NCBI GenBank assembly: GCA_964401995.1
Contig: CAYOAP010000001.1
Coordinates: 160,592-224,591 of the forward strand
Origin: an uncultured Conexibacteraceae bacterium
Lineage (GTDB): Bacteria > Actinomycetota > Thermoleophilia > Solirubrobacterales > 70-9
Direction of reading: 5' to 3'
Length of the DNA: 64,000 bases
Shown here in pieces: positions 1 through 9,801 of the stretch. Position 1 is the stretch's first letter. Every line of letters begins with the position of its first letter. The notes beneath the pieces are model-generated. The model was not told the origin of the DNA, did no database searches, and saw nothing but the letters and a program-made list of their open reading frames with translations. The translations under genes and the position numbers were made by a program.

Positions 1-45
1 GCGCGCTCTCGCCCCGGATTTGAGCCTCTCTTCGCTTCTACAGCC

Positions 46-1239
46 GTGACCCGCGTACTCATCCTCTCCTGGGAGTACCCGCCACTTATCGAGGGTGGCC
101 TCGCCCGCCATGTCCGCAAGCTCTCCGAGGCCCTGGTCGAGCGCGACGTCGAGGTCCACGTGCTGACCCGCGGTGGCGAGGAGTCGCCCGCGGAGGAGCG
201 CTTCAACGGCGTCTTCGTCCACCGCATCCGCGAGCCGAAACGGCCGACCGACCTCGGCGAGTTCGTCGCCTGGGTCGAGCGCATGAACTCCGACATGCTC
301 GCCGCCGGGGTCGAGCTCGGCGACCGCTACAGCTTCGACCTGGTCCACGGCCACGACTGGCTTGTCGCCAATGCCTGCGACCACCTCGCCAAGCGCTTCG
401 GCGCGCCGCTGGTGACGACGATCCACGCCACCGAGCACGGCCGCCACCAGGGCTGGGTCGACAAGCATCCCCAGACCTATATCCACGGGGTCGAGCGCTG
501 GATCACCAACCGCTCCGAGCGCGTGATCGCCTGCTCGCACTACATGCGCGAGCAGATTGCCGACATCTTCGGCGTCGAGGAGAAGCGGGTGACGGTGATC
601 CCCAACGGGATTGACCCCGACGACCTGCAGCCCCAGGACCCGGCCGAGCTGACCAGGCTGCGGGCGGAGTTCGCCGAGCCCGACCAGAAGCTGGTGCTGC
701 TGATCGGGAGGCTGGTCTACGAGAAGGGCTTTCAGCTCGCCCTGGAGGCGATGCCACAACTGATCGAGGACGTTCCGGGGACCCGCTTCCTCGTCGCCGG
801 CTCCGGCACCCACGAGCAGGAGCTGCATCGCCAGGCGAGCGAGCTGGGCCTGATGGAGCACGGCACCTTCGTCGGCTGGATCGGCGACGACGTCCTCCAC
901 TCGCTCTACCGGATCGCCGACCTCACCGTGGTCCCCTCGATCTATGAGCCCTTCGGCCTGGTCGCGCTGGAGGCGATGGCCTCCGGCTGCCCCTGCATCG
1001 TCGCCGACACCGGCGGCCTGCGCGAGGTTGTCCCCCACGAGGAGGCCGGGCTGCGCTTCCGCGCCCACGATCCCGAAGCCTTGGCCGAGGTTGCGATCCG
1101 CGTCCTCTCCGACGACGAGCTCGGCCGCCGCCTCGTCGCCGAAGCCTACGAGCACGTCCGCCGCTTCGACTGGGGAGACGTCGCCGAGCAAACAGCTGCG
1201 GTCTACGCCGATTTGGTCGGCGAGGCCAGCCGGGCCTGA
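46..1239 (+). CDS. GT-B fold glycosyltransferase, GT4 (Glycos_transf_1) type
   Basis: 397-aa ORF with GTG start. It has N-terminal LILSWEYPP..GGLARHV and the C-terminal EPFGLVALEAMASGCPCIVADTGGLREVV donor-binding signature of retaining GT4 enzymes. GC3 bias is strong. Confidence 0.8.
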   Translation: MTRVLILSWEYPPLIEGGLARHVRKLSEALVERDVEVHVLTRGGEESPAEERFNGVFVHRIREPKRPTDLGEFVAWVERMNSDMLAAGVELGDRYSFDLVHGHDWLVANACDHLAKRFGAPLVTTIHATEHGRHQGWVDKHPQTYIHGVERWITNRSERVIACSHYMREQIADIFGVEEKRVTVIPNGIDPDDLQPQDPAELTRLRAEFAEPDQKLVLLIGRLVYEKGFQLALEAMPQLIEDVPGTRFLVAGSGTHEQELHRQASELGLMEHGTFVGWIGDDVLHSLYRIADLTVVPSIYEPFGLVALEAMASGCPCIVADTGGLREVVPHEEAGLRFRAHDPEALAEVAIRVLSDDELGRRLVAEAYEHVRRFDWGDVAEQTAAVYADLVGEASRA

Positions 1240-1245
1240 AGGGCT

Positions 1246-1530
1246 TCAGTCGACCGGTTGAGTGGCGGCGTCGGTTGACGCCGGCCTGAACTCGCCGACC
1301 CGGGTGCCGCCCGGCGCCCAGTCGATGCCGACAATCAGGTCGCCAGGAGGGATCGAGAGCGCCCCCGCGAGCTTGACCAGGGTGTCGATGCGGGCGACGC
1401 GAGCCCCGCGCTCCAGCATGCTGATCTCGGTCCGGTGCAGCGAGGCGCGGATCGCCAGCTCCTCCTGCGACATGTCGGCGCGCTTGCGGCAGCGGGCGAG
1501 GTTCTCCCCGAAGTGAGCGGCGATGTTCAT
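1246..1530 (-). CDS. XRE/Cro-family helix-turn-helix transcriptional regulator
   Basis: HTH_3-like segment MSQEELAIRASLHRTEISMLERGARVARIDTLVKLAGAL. Start placed at ATG 1530 (MNIAAHF); the ORF stays open to 1617, so the start is uncertain. Divergent from the adjacent vapBC pair. Confidence 0.75.
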   Translation of the reverse strand: MNIAAHFGENLARCRKRADMSQEELAIRASLHRTEISMLERGARVARIDTLVKLAGALSIPPGDLIVGIDWAPGGTRVGEFRPASTDAATQPVD

Positions 1531-1691
1531 CGGCGGCGGTCCCATCGCCGGCATTCTTCTGATCGTTAAGCGCACAGTCCACAGCCTCTTGTCCGAAATG
1601 TGTTGTCTTACAGACAAGCAGATTCATTCCTGGTATGATTCGTGCAGTTGGATTTGGGTGGTTGAGGGTCATAAGATGGGTCTCAGCCACC

Positions 1692-1973
1692 ATGACGCTG
1701 AAGATTGAGGACAGGGAGGCGGAGCAGTTGGCGACGGAGATCGCAACCCATACGGGAGAGGGCAAGACAGGCGCGGTGCGTCAGGCGCTCCGCGAACGGC
1801 ACGAGCGTCTTGGCCTGCAGGCGGCCGCCGGACGCAAGCGTGAGCCAGGCAGCCTGCTCCGCTACCTCGAAACCGAGATCTGGCCCTTGATCCCCGCCGA
1901 GGAGCGTGATCAGCCGCCGATGACGAAAGCCGAACGGGAGGAGATCCTCGGCATCGGTCCGGAGGGGTATTGA
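1692..1973 (+). CDS. vapB: VapB-type antitoxin of a type II TA pair
   Basis: 93-aa product MTLKIEDREAEQLATEIA.., immediately upstream of a PIN gene and overlapping it by 4 nt (TTGA). Start chosen at ATG 1692 inside track ORF 1635-1973. Confidence 0.65.
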   Translation: MTLKIEDREAEQLATEIATHTGEGKTGAVRQALRERHERLGLQAAAGRKREPGSLLRYLETEIWPLIPAEERDQPPMTKAEREEILGIGPEGY

Positions 1974-2362
1974 TTCTCGACAGCTCCGCTCTCATCTCTG
2001 TCGTCCGCGATGAGCAAGGCCGCGATCGTCTGGTCGAGGCGATTGAAGGGGCCGGCAAGATCGGCATTGGGACGCCGACTCTCACCGAGTCTTTGATCGT
2101 TCTGGTGAGGCGGTTTGGCCCATCCGGGCGCTCGATTCTGCAGCGCTTCCTCACGGAAAATGGAGTTGCCACAGTGCCTTTTGATGAGCGCCATTGGAAT
2201 GCAGCCGCCGAGGCGTTCATCCGTTTCGGCAAGGGACGTCACCCCGCCCGCCTCAACTACGGCGACTGCATGACTTACGCCACCGCTCGGGTTGCCGACG
2301 CTCCTCTGCTCTTTGTCGGCAACGACTTCGCGAAGACGGATCTGATGCCGGCGCTCGCCTGA
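1970..2362 (+). CDS. vapC: VapC PIN-domain ribonuclease toxin
   Basis: 130 aa. MILDSSALISV (N-terminal Asp), NYGDCMTYATA and FVGNDF match the PIN acidic-residue layout. Start overlaps the antitoxin stop. Confidence 0.8.
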   Translation: MILDSSALISVVRDEQGRDRLVEAIEGAGKIGIGTPTLTESLIVLVRRFGPSGRSILQRFLTENGVATVPFDERHWNAAAEAFIRFGKGRHPARLNYGDCMTYATARVADAPLLFVGNDFAKTDLMPALA

Positions 2363-2382
2363 GCGGGCGACGGGCTGCTGGC

Positions 2383-3039
2383 TTAGGAGGGAGGAGAGAG
2401 GGTCGTCTCGGCCGTCGGGTCGGGCTCGACCGGGTCCGGCCAGCGCATCTGCTCGGGCGCATCGCGCATCCGCACGATCCGCGCTGGCGTCCCCACCACG
2501 ACCGCGTTCGCGGGCACGTCCTTGGTGACGACGGCGTTGGTGCCGATGATCGAGTTGTCGCCGACCTGGACTCCGCGCAGGAAACAGGCGCCGTAGCCGA
2601 TCCAGACGTTGGAACCGATCACGACGTCGCGCTTGTAGATCCCCTGCACCCGGATCGGGCGCTCGACGTCGACGACGCCGTGGTCGAAGTCGATGAACAT
2701 CGCCCGGTCGGCGATCACGCACTGCTGGCCGATCTTCACCCGCTGGTAGGCCGAGATCGTGCACTCCTGCCCCATCACCGTCTTGTCGCCGATTTCGACG
2801 ATCCCCTCGTGGCAGCGGATCTTGCTCCCGTCGCCGATCCAGACGAAGCGGCCGAAGCGCACCGCTCCCTTCTCGCCGATCTCGATCGCCAGCTTGCGGC
2901 CGAGGAAGACCATTCCAGTCGTCTGCCAGCGCCTCCCGGCCTGGGTCAGGAGGCGTCGCCACAGGTAGCGCCAGAGCAGCCGCCCGTAGGCGCTGTTGAG
3001 CATTCCGTTGCGGGACATGAATCGGATCCGTTCAATCAC
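2383..3039 (-). CDS. Hexapeptide-repeat (left-handed beta-helix) acetyltransferase
   Basis: Repeated hexapeptide units IGDKTVMGQECTI, IGQQCVIADRAMF, IGSNVWIGYGACF, VGDNSIIGTNAVV. An alternative start is ATG 3018. Confidence 0.75.
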   Translation of the reverse strand: MIERIRFMSRNGMLNSAYGRLLWRYLWRRLLTQAGRRWQTTGMVFLGRKLAIEIGEKGAVRFGRFVWIGDGSKIRCHEGIVEIGDKTVMGQECTISAYQRVKIGQQCVIADRAMFIDFDHGVVDVERPIRVQGIYKRDVVIGSNVWIGYGACFLRGVQVGDNSIIGTNAVVTKDVPANAVVVGTPARIVRMRDAPEQMRWPDPVEPDPTAETTLSPPS

Positions 3040-3068
3040 GGCGGGCGGGACTCTAGACTGGCCCAGCC

Positions 3069-4031
3069 GTGGCCGACACGACCAAATCCCAACCGCTCGT
3101 CGAGCGGCTTGTCGCTGGCGACAAGCGAGCGCTGGCGCGAGCGATAACCCTGATCGAGTCCGACGACCCGGCTGGCTGGGAGCTGGTCCGCGAGGTCTAC
3201 CCCAACACCGGCAAGGCGCGGATCGTCGGCTTCACCGGCCCTCCCGGGGTCGGCAAGAGCACGCTGATCGGCGCCCTGACCGGTGAGCTGCGCAAAGCCG
3301 ACCGCCAGGTCGCCGTGCTCTCGATCGATCCCTCCAGCCCCTTCACCCACGGCGCCCTGCTCGGCGATCGCATCCGCCTCTCCGAGCACTTTCTCGACTC
3401 CGGCGTCTTCATCCGCTCGATGGCCTCGCGCGGCGCCCTCGGCGGGCTCTCCGAGGCCGCCCTGCAGGTGGCGCTGGCGATGGACGCCGCCGGCAAAGAC
3501 GATGTCCTGATCGAGACGGTCGGGGTGGGCCAGGCCGAGATCGACATCGTCGACCACGCCGACACGATCGTGCTGGCGCTGATGCCCGGCTCCGGCGACT
3601 CGATCCAGGCGCTGAAGGCGGGGGTGATGGAGATCCCCGACGTGATCGTCGTCAACAAGGCCGACCACCCGATGACCGACACGATGGTGCGCGAGGTGCG
3701 CGGGGTGCTGGCCCTCTCCCACGATCCCGAAGGCTGGCGGGTGCCGATCCTGCGCACCGAGGCGGCTCGCGGCGAGGGCGTGGCGGAGCTGGCCGAGAAG
3801 ATCGACGAGCACCGCGCCCACATCGAAGCGGGGGGGACGCTGGCCGCGCGCCGCGCCCGCAACCTGCGCAACGAGGTCTTGGGGATCGCGACCTCGCGGA
3901 TGCGCCGCCGGCTTGAGGCCATCGTCGCCGACGATCCCGAGATCGCGGCGCTGCTGGATCGCGTCGTCAGCCGCGAGCTTGACCCGGCCAGCGCCGCGAG
4001 CGAGCTGCTGGAGCGCCAGGTCGATGGCTGA
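3069..4031 (+). CDS. meaB: MeaB/ArgK G3E-family GTPase (methylmalonyl-CoA mutase chaperone)
   Basis: 320 aa with GTG start. P-loop GPPGVGKST, ETVGVGQ and NKAD motifs; N-terminal LVERLVAGDKRALARAITLIE is typical of MeaB. Confidence 0.85.
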   Translation: MADTTKSQPLVERLVAGDKRALARAITLIESDDPAGWELVREVYPNTGKARIVGFTGPPGVGKSTLIGALTGELRKADRQVAVLSIDPSSPFTHGALLGDRIRLSEHFLDSGVFIRSMASRGALGGLSEAALQVALAMDAAGKDDVLIETVGVGQAEIDIVDHADTIVLALMPGSGDSIQALKAGVMEIPDVIVVNKADHPMTDTMVREVRGVLALSHDPEGWRVPILRTEAARGEGVAELAEKIDEHRAHIEAGGTLAARRARNLRNEVLGIATSRMRRRLEAIVADDPEIAALLDRVVSRELDPASAASELLERQVDG

Positions 4032-4431
4032 CGCGCCCGCCCCGCCGCTGCAGGCGGCCGAGGTCGACGGCTGGCTCGGCTGGGAGATCGACCCGATCGA
4101 CAGCGCCGACGGCGGCCAGGTTCGCGGCTACTTCAGCGATGCCGGCAGCGGCGAGCCGACCTGGCTCGTCGTCAAGCTCGGCCGCTTCGGCGGCAGGCTG
4201 GTGGCGGTCCCAATGCGCAGCTGCGCCGGTGGCGGCGGCCGGGTCTGGGTCGCCCACGAGCGTTCTGTGATTCGCAGCGCCCCGGTCGTCGATCCGACCT
4301 GCCCGTTGCTGCGCGAGCACGAGCTGGCGATCTGCGAGCACTTCGGCATCGGCGAGGGATCGGGCCGGGCGGCGGAGGTCTATGGCCGCCCAGAGGGCGC
4401 GGCCACCTCGCTGCCGCCCTCGCCTGCCTGA
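4024..4431 (+). CDS. PRC-barrel-like domain protein
   Basis: 135 aa. VRGYFSDAGSGEPTWLVVKLGRFGGRLVAVPM resembles a PRC-barrel core. ATG 4024 overlaps the meaB stop by 8 nt (ATGGCTGA). Confidence 0.5.
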   Translation: MADAPAPPLQAAEVDGWLGWEIDPIDSADGGQVRGYFSDAGSGEPTWLVVKLGRFGGRLVAVPMRSCAGGGGRVWVAHERSVIRSAPVVDPTCPLLREHELAICEHFGIGEGSGRAAEVYGRPEGAATSLPPSPA

Positions 4432-4479
4432 ACCGCTGGCGTTATCTCTTCGTAATGAAGACGTGGAAAGGTTGACTCC

Positions 4480-6237
4480 ATGGTCTTGCTGATCCTCTTC
4501 GGCTTCATCGCGGGCGCTGCCACAGCGCTCTCGCCCTGCGTGCTGCCGGTCCTGCCGATCGCGCTCTCGGCAGGGGCGACCGGTGGCCGGCGGCGGCCGC
4601 TCGGGATCGTCGTCGGCCTCGCGGTCTCCTTCACCTTCGCCACTGTCGCCCTCGTCTACGTGATCGCGGCCTTGGGCCTGCCGGGCGACCTGCTCCGCAA
4701 CCTGGCGATCGCGGTGCTGCTCGTCTTCGGGATTTGCCTGATGGTTCCGCCGCTGGCGGCACGGCTGGAGGCCTGGCTGAGCCGCTTCGCCAGCCGCGCC
4801 GGGGTCGCCGGCGGCAAAGGCGACGGCTTCTGGTCGGGGACGGCGGTGGGGGCCAGCCTCGGGCTCGTCTATGCCCCCTGCGCCGGGCCGATCCTCGCTG
4901 GCGTGATCACTGTCTCCGCCTCGCAGACATTCACCGCCGGCCGCCTCGGCGTCGCCCTCAGCTACGGGATCGGCTCCGCCTTCGTCCTCTATTTCCTGAT
5001 GCTCGGCGGCCGCCGCGTCGTCGCTCCGCTCGCCCGGCGCGGCATCGGCTTCCAGGTGGCGATGGGCGCGGTGATGGTGGTCGTCGCCTTGGCGATGCTG
5101 GGCAACTACGACGTTCGCTTCCAGAACTCGATCGCCAGCGATCTGCCCAGCTTCCTGGTCGATCCCACCCACAGCCTCGAGGACACCGCCGCCGCCCGCT
5201 CGGCCCTGGTCGACGTTCGCGGCGAAGCGGCCCATGGCGTCGGCGGCAGGGCTGCCGGCGCGCCGCAGCCGGCCGAAGGAGCGAAAGGCAGGCTGGCGTT
5301 GCCGGTGCTGGGGGTCGCCCCCGAATTCGTCGACAACCAGCAGTGGTTCAACACTCCCGGCGATCGGCCGTTGACGCTGCGCAGCCTGCGCGGGCGGGTG
5401 GTCCTGGTCGACTTCTGGACCTACACCTGCATCAACTGCCTGCGCACGCTGCCCTACCTGAAGGCGTGGGACGAGCGCTACCGCAAGGACGGGCTGACGA
5501 TCGTAGGCATCCACTCGCCCGAGTTCCCGTTCGAGCACGATGCCGGCAACGTCGCCGACGCGATCGAACGCAACGGCCTGCGCTATCCCGTCGCCCAGGA
5601 CAATGACCTCGCAACCTGGAACGCCTATGGCAACCAGTACTGGCCGGCCGAGTACTTCATCGACGCCCAGGGCCGGGTCCGCTACGTGCACTTCGGCGAG
5701 GGCTCGTATGGCGAGAAGGAGAAAGTCATCCGCCAGCTGCTGGCCGAAGCGGGCCACAAGGTTTCCGGGCCCGACTCGGGCGCCCATGGGATCGCGCCCT
5801 CGGCTGGGCTGACGACTCCCGAGACCTACCTCGGCGCCGCTCGCGCCGAACGTTTCATCAACCCGATGCTCTCGCCCGGGCTCCATGACTTCGGCAACCC
5901 CGCGAAGCCGCCGGCTGACGAATTCGCCTACCGCGGGAAGTGGAGGATCAGCCTCGAGTCGGCGACGGCGGCTGGCGGCGCCTCACTTGACCTCAACTTC
6001 GGGGCGCGGCGGGTCTATCTCGTGCTCGGCTCGCCCGGGCAGAGCCGCACGATGCGGGTATTGCTCGACGGCCGGCCGATCCCCGACAGCCTGGCCGGGG
6101 CCGACGTCCACAACGGCGTCGCCGTGATCTCCGGCCAGCGCCTCTACGACCTGGTCAACCTGCCCAAGGTCGGCCACCATGTCCTCCGGCTCGAACCCGA
6201 AACCGGGATCTCGGGTTACGCGTTCACGTTCGGCTAA
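4480..6237 (+). CDS. dipZ: DipZ-like fusion: CcdA/DsbD-type membrane thiol-disulfide transporter, thioredoxin-like domain and a C-terminal beta-rich domain
   Basis: Polytopic N-terminus with Cys motifs ALSPCVLPV and YAPCAGPIL. TlpA/ResA-like domain with FWTYTCINCLRTLP (CxxC). About 170-aa C-terminal extension, as in mycobacterial DipZ. Confidence 0.8.
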   Translation: MVLLILFGFIAGAATALSPCVLPVLPIALSAGATGGRRRPLGIVVGLAVSFTFATVALVYVIAALGLPGDLLRNLAIAVLLVFGICLMVPPLAARLEAWLSRFASRAGVAGGKGDGFWSGTAVGASLGLVYAPCAGPILAGVITVSASQTFTAGRLGVALSYGIGSAFVLYFLMLGGRRVVAPLARRGIGFQVAMGAVMVVVALAMLGNYDVRFQNSIASDLPSFLVDPTHSLEDTAAARSALVDVRGEAAHGVGGRAAGAPQPAEGAKGRLALPVLGVAPEFVDNQQWFNTPGDRPLTLRSLRGRVVLVDFWTYTCINCLRTLPYLKAWDERYRKDGLTIVGIHSPEFPFEHDAGNVADAIERNGLRYPVAQDNDLATWNAYGNQYWPAEYFIDAQGRVRYVHFGEGSYGEKEKVIRQLLAEAGHKVSGPDSGAHGIAPSAGLTTPETYLGAARAERFINPMLSPGLHDFGNPAKPPADEFAYRGKWRISLESATAAGGASLDLNFGARRVYLVLGSPGQSRTMRVLLDGRPIPDSLAGADVHNGVAVISGQRLYDLVNLPKVGHHVLRLEPETGISGYAFTFG

Positions 6238-6260
6238 GGAGCTCCCACAGGGTCGACAGG

Positions 6261-6737
6261 TCAGTCGACGCTGCCAGGGGGAGCGATCCAGACGCTCTCG
6301 AACTCGAGGCTCGTGTGGGTCGCGAGCAGGTCGTAGTCGCTGTCGTAATGCAGGACGCCAAGTCGATACTGGGAGGCGATCGAGGCGATCAGGAGGTCGG
6401 GAAAGCTGATCCGGTGATTCGCCGCTGGGTCTTCGGCCAACTCGCGCTGAGCGCGTTCTGCCAGAAGCCATGTGTCGGCATCGCCTCTGGTCTGAGCAAG
6501 GCCGTCGAGCTCGTCCGAGAAGGCCGAGAACTCGGCGGCTGTGCGCGCGGAATACAGAGCCTCGACGCGGAAGGGGGGTGATGCATGGAGCCGGTTCTCG
6601 CGCACGGCATCTTCGAAAGCCCGAAGAGACCCTCGGCTGAGTCGCCGTCCGCGGTCTGGGCGCGTCTGGGCGAGGGCGACGCGCACGTAGGCGGACCAAT
6701 CCAGCAGTGCGGCTGGCAGCAGCGGAGTCGAGGTCAC
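6261..6737 (-). CDS. vapC: VapC-like PIN-domain toxin
   Basis: LLDWSAYV (N-terminal Asp) and C-terminal ISFPDLLIASIASQYRLGVLHYDSDYDLL fit a PIN domain. GTG 6737 overlaps the upstream antitoxin stop (GTGA). Confidence 0.65.
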   Translation of the reverse strand: MTSTPLLPAALLDWSAYVRVALAQTRPDRGRRLSRGSLRAFEDAVRENRLHASPPFRVEALYSARTAAEFSAFSDELDGLAQTRGDADTWLLAERAQRELAEDPAANHRISFPDLLIASIASQYRLGVLHYDSDYDLLATHTSLEFESVWIAPPGSVD

Positions 6738-7027
6738 AGTTCTTCGAGCAGCTTTTCTACCGACGGACGCTTCCACCCTGGCCTGTCGAGGGCGATGTCC
6801 AGATCCAACCCGGCGCCGGTGCGCATTCTCTCGAGGAAGCGCTCACGCGAGGCTCGCCTGCGCGCTTCCTCCTCGTCTGTCTCTCGCGCTTCGGCGATCG
6901 TCGCCTCCGCGCCTTTGATCACCAGCCGCTGAAAGCTGATCGGGATCCCCTGTGAGCGCAGGGGCGCAAGAGCCGTCTCGACCTCGGCGGTCTCGGTGAT
7001 CATGTGGCGCTTGCGTTTGGTCGGCAT
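6734..7027 (-). CDS. Type II antitoxin partner of the PIN toxin
   Basis: 97 aa: MPTKRKRHMITETAEVETALAPL..EARETDEEEARRRASRERFLE. Small, charged, and overlapping the toxin start by 4 nt. The start could also be ATG 7003. Confidence 0.55.
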   Translation of the reverse strand: MPTKRKRHMITETAEVETALAPLRSQGIPISFQRLVIKGAEATIAEARETDEEEARRRASRERFLERMRTGAGLDLDIALDRPGWKRPSVEKLLEEL

Positions 7028-7039
7028 GAATCGAGTGTA

Positions 7040-7070
7040 GCACCAGGTGCAGCACCCGATCTGTCGGTGC
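7040..7070. promoter_or_regulatory. Candidate TA autoregulatory operator (four GCACC/GGTGC half-sites)
   Basis: GCACC-A-GGTGC-A-GCACC-N9-GGTGC lies 13-43 nt upstream of the antitoxin ATG (7027, minus strand). Confidence 0.35.
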
Positions 7071-7141
7071 AATTGGGGTGGCTGAGATTCGCTTCATGGC
7101 CCCTTAAGGCCTGGGCGACGAGTTTTCTCCCCCCTTGGGGC

Positions 7142-8287
7142 TCAGCAGCCGAGCTGGCGGGCGATCACCATCTGCTGCACCTCGTCGGTGCCCTCGCCGA
7201 TGGTGAGGATCTTGGCGTCGCGGTAGAAGCGGCAGACCGGGTACTCCTCGATGAAGCCGTAGCCACCGTGGATCTGCACCGCCTCCTCGGTCGCTTTGAC
7301 CGCGAGGCGGCCGGTGATCAGCTTCGCCTGGGCGGCCGTCAGGGTGAATGACTGGCCGGCGTCCTTTTCCAGCGCCGCCCGCCAGGTGAGCAGGCGCGCT
7401 GCCTCGATCTGGGCGGAGAGGTCGGCGATCTTGGCCTGGATCGACTGGAATTTCGAGATCGGCTGGCCGAAGGCCTTGCGCTCTTTGGCGTAGGAGATCG
7501 CCTCGTCGAGGGCGCCCTGCGCCAGGCCCACTCCCATCGCCGCGACCCCGATCCGGCCGCCGTCGAGGATGTGGAGGAAGTTCTTGAAGCCTTCGCCGCG
7601 GCGGCCGAGCAGGCTGGACTCGGGCACCCGGCAGTCCTCGAAGGAGAGCGGGCGCGTGTCGGAGGCGTTCCAGCCCATCTTGCGGTAGGGCGTGCCAGCC
7701 TCGTAGCCTGGAGTCCCGTTGGCGACGATCAGGTTGGAGATCTCTTTGCGGCCGTTGGCCTCGCCGGTGACGGCGGTGATCGAGACGCAGCCGGAGATGT
7801 CGGTGCCGGAGTTGGTGATGAACTGCTTGGCCCCGTTGACGACCCATTCGCCGCCGTCCAGCTTCGCCGTGGTGCGGACGTTGCCGGCGTCGGAGCCGGC
7901 CTCGGGCTCGGTCAGGCCGAAGGAGGCGAGGCGCTTGCCGGCGCAGAGCTGCGGCAGCCACTCCGACTTCTGCTCGTCGCTGCCCCAGAGGTAGATCGGC
8001 ATCGTCCCCAGCGAGGTGTGGGCGGCCATCGTGATGCAGACGGATGAGTCGATCCGGGCCAGCTCTTCGACCGCCAGCACGTAGGACATCGTGTCGGCCC
8101 CACCGCCCCCATACTCCTGCGGGAACGGGATCCCCATCAGGCCAAGATCGCCCAGCTTCTCGACGATCTCGTAGGGAAACGACTTGGTCCGATCCAGCTC
8201 CTCGGCAACGGGCGCGACCTCCTGCCGGGCAAAGTCCCGGACGGTGTCGCGCAGCAGCCGCTGCTCATCGCTCAGCTCGAAGTTCAC
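7142..8287 (-). CDS. Acyl-CoA dehydrogenase
   Basis: 381 aa. MNFELSDEQRLLRDTVRDFA N-terminus and C-terminal YRDAKILTIGEGTDEVQQMVIARQL are typical of the ACAD family. Confidence 0.9.
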   Translation of the reverse strand: MNFELSDEQRLLRDTVRDFARQEVAPVAEELDRTKSFPYEIVEKLGDLGLMGIPFPQEYGGGGADTMSYVLAVEELARIDSSVCITMAAHTSLGTMPIYLWGSDEQKSEWLPQLCAGKRLASFGLTEPEAGSDAGNVRTTAKLDGGEWVVNGAKQFITNSGTDISGCVSITAVTGEANGRKEISNLIVANGTPGYEAGTPYRKMGWNASDTRPLSFEDCRVPESSLLGRRGEGFKNFLHILDGGRIGVAAMGVGLAQGALDEAISYAKERKAFGQPISKFQSIQAKIADLSAQIEAARLLTWRAALEKDAGQSFTLTAAQAKLITGRLAVKATEEAVQIHGGYGFIEEYPVCRFYRDAKILTIGEGTDEVQQMVIARQLGC

Positions 8288-8308
8288 GCGCGGCAGCCTA
8301 TGCGAGCG

Positions 8309-9745
8309 CTAGAGCTGAAGGCTCTTGACCTGCAAGAGCTCCTCGATCGCGAAGCGGCCGTTCTCCCGCCCGTGGCCTGACTGCTTGTAGCCGCCGAAGG
8401 GGGCGAGGGGGTTGAAGGCGCCGCCGTTGATCTCGATCTGGCCGGTGCGGATGCGACGGGCGACGCCGATCGCGCGCTCGCTGTCGGCGGACCAGACGCC
8501 GCCGGCGAGGCCGTAGACGCTGTCGTTGGCGATCCGGACCGCGTCCTCCTCGTTGTCGTAGGGCTGGATCGCCAGCACCGGGCCGAAGATCTCCTCCTGG
8601 GCGATCGTCATCTCCGTCGTCACCTCGGAGAAGACGGTGGGGCGGACGAAGTAGCCGCGGTCGAGGCCGTCGGGCGCCGTCGCTCCGCCGGTCACCAGCT
8701 TCGCCCCTTCGGCCTCGCCTTTCTCGATGTAGCCGCGGACCCGCTGGCGCTGGACGTCGGAGACGAGTGGCCCGAGCCGGGTCGAGTCCTCGAAGGGGTC
8801 GCCGGGCGTGAACGCCTCGGCAGTCGTGGCGGCGATCTGCTCGGCTTCGGCCAGCTTCTCGCGCGGGACCAGCATCCGGGTCAGGGCGCTGCAGGTCTGG
8901 CCCGAATTGAGGAAGCACTTGGCGACGCCGTCGGGGACCGCCTTGGCGAGGTCGGCGTCGTCGAGGATCAGATTGGGCGACTTGCCGCCCAGCTCCATCG
9001 CCACCGGCTTGACCGAGGCCGAGGCGAGCTCGCTGACCCGGCGCCCGGCTCGGGTCGAGCCGGTGAAGGAGATCATGTCGACCCCGGGGTGCCCGGCGAT
9101 CGCCTCGCCGACGACCGGCCCGGTGCCGGTGACGAGGTTGAAGACGCCGGCGGGCAGGCCGACCGCCTCGATCACCTCGGCCAGGATGAAGGCGTTGAGG
9201 GGGACGATCTCGCTCGGCTTGAGGACCACCGTGCAGCCGGCGGCAAGCGCCGGCGCCACCTTGGCGGCGATCTGGTTCAGCGGGTAGTTCCAGGGCGTGA
9301 TCGCGCCGAGCACGCCGACCGGCTCGCGCAGCACCCGCGAGTTGCCGATCTCCTGCTCCCAGGCGATTTCCTCCATCAGCGCCGGCATTGCCGCGAACTG
9401 GCCGATCGGCAGCCCGGCCTGGATGATCCGGCTCAGGGTTAGCGGCATGCCCAGCTCCTGGGAGATCGTGGCGGCGATCTCGTCGCCGCGCTCGCCGAGC
9501 CCGGCCGAGATCGCGCTCAGGTAGCCGGCGCGCTCGTCGCGGGGGGTCTGCGACCAGGAGTCAAAGGCGTCGCGGGCGGCCCGCACGGCGCGATCGGCGT
9601 CCTCGGCTGTGCCGGCCGGGATCGTCCCCATCTTCTCCTCGGTCGTCGAGTTGACGACGTCGAGCGTCTCGGCGCCGGTCGAGTCGACCCACTCGCCGCC
9701 GATGAAGATCTTGTCGCGGACCTGAACCTCTGCCGTTGTCGCCAT
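8309..9745 (-). CDS. NAD(P)-dependent aldehyde dehydrogenase
   Basis: 478 aa. Catalytic Glu motif MELGGKSP and catalytic Cys motif [15 protein letters not shown]-type RBS upstream. Confidence 0.9.
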   Translation of the reverse strand: MATTAEVQVRDKIFIGGEWVDSTGAETLDVVNSTTEEKMGTIPAGTAEDADRAVRAARDAFDSWSQTPRDERAGYLSAISAGLGERGDEIAATISQELGMPLTLSRIIQAGLPIGQFAAMPALMEEIAWEQEIGNSRVLREPVGVLGAITPWNYPLNQIAAKVAPALAAGCTVVLKPSEIVPLNAFILAEVIEAVGLPAGVFNLVTGTGPVVGEAIAGHPGVDMISFTGSTRAGRRVSELASASVKPVAMELGGKSPNLILDDADLAKAVPDGVAKCFLNSGQTCSALTRMLVPREKLAEAEQIAATTAEAFTPGDPFEDSTRLGPLVSDVQRQRVRGYIEKGEAEGAKLVTGGATAPDGLDRGYFVRPTVFSEVTTEMTIAQEEIFGPVLAIQPYDNEEDAVRIANDSVYGLAGGVWSADSERAIGVARRIRTGQIEINGGAFNPLAPFGGYKQSGHGRENGRFAIEELLQVKSLQL

Positions 9746-9801
9746 CTCTGTCTCCTCTTGGTTGTCGCCTGGCTGCCCAGCCAGACGTTAGAGGATTTCG
9801 C

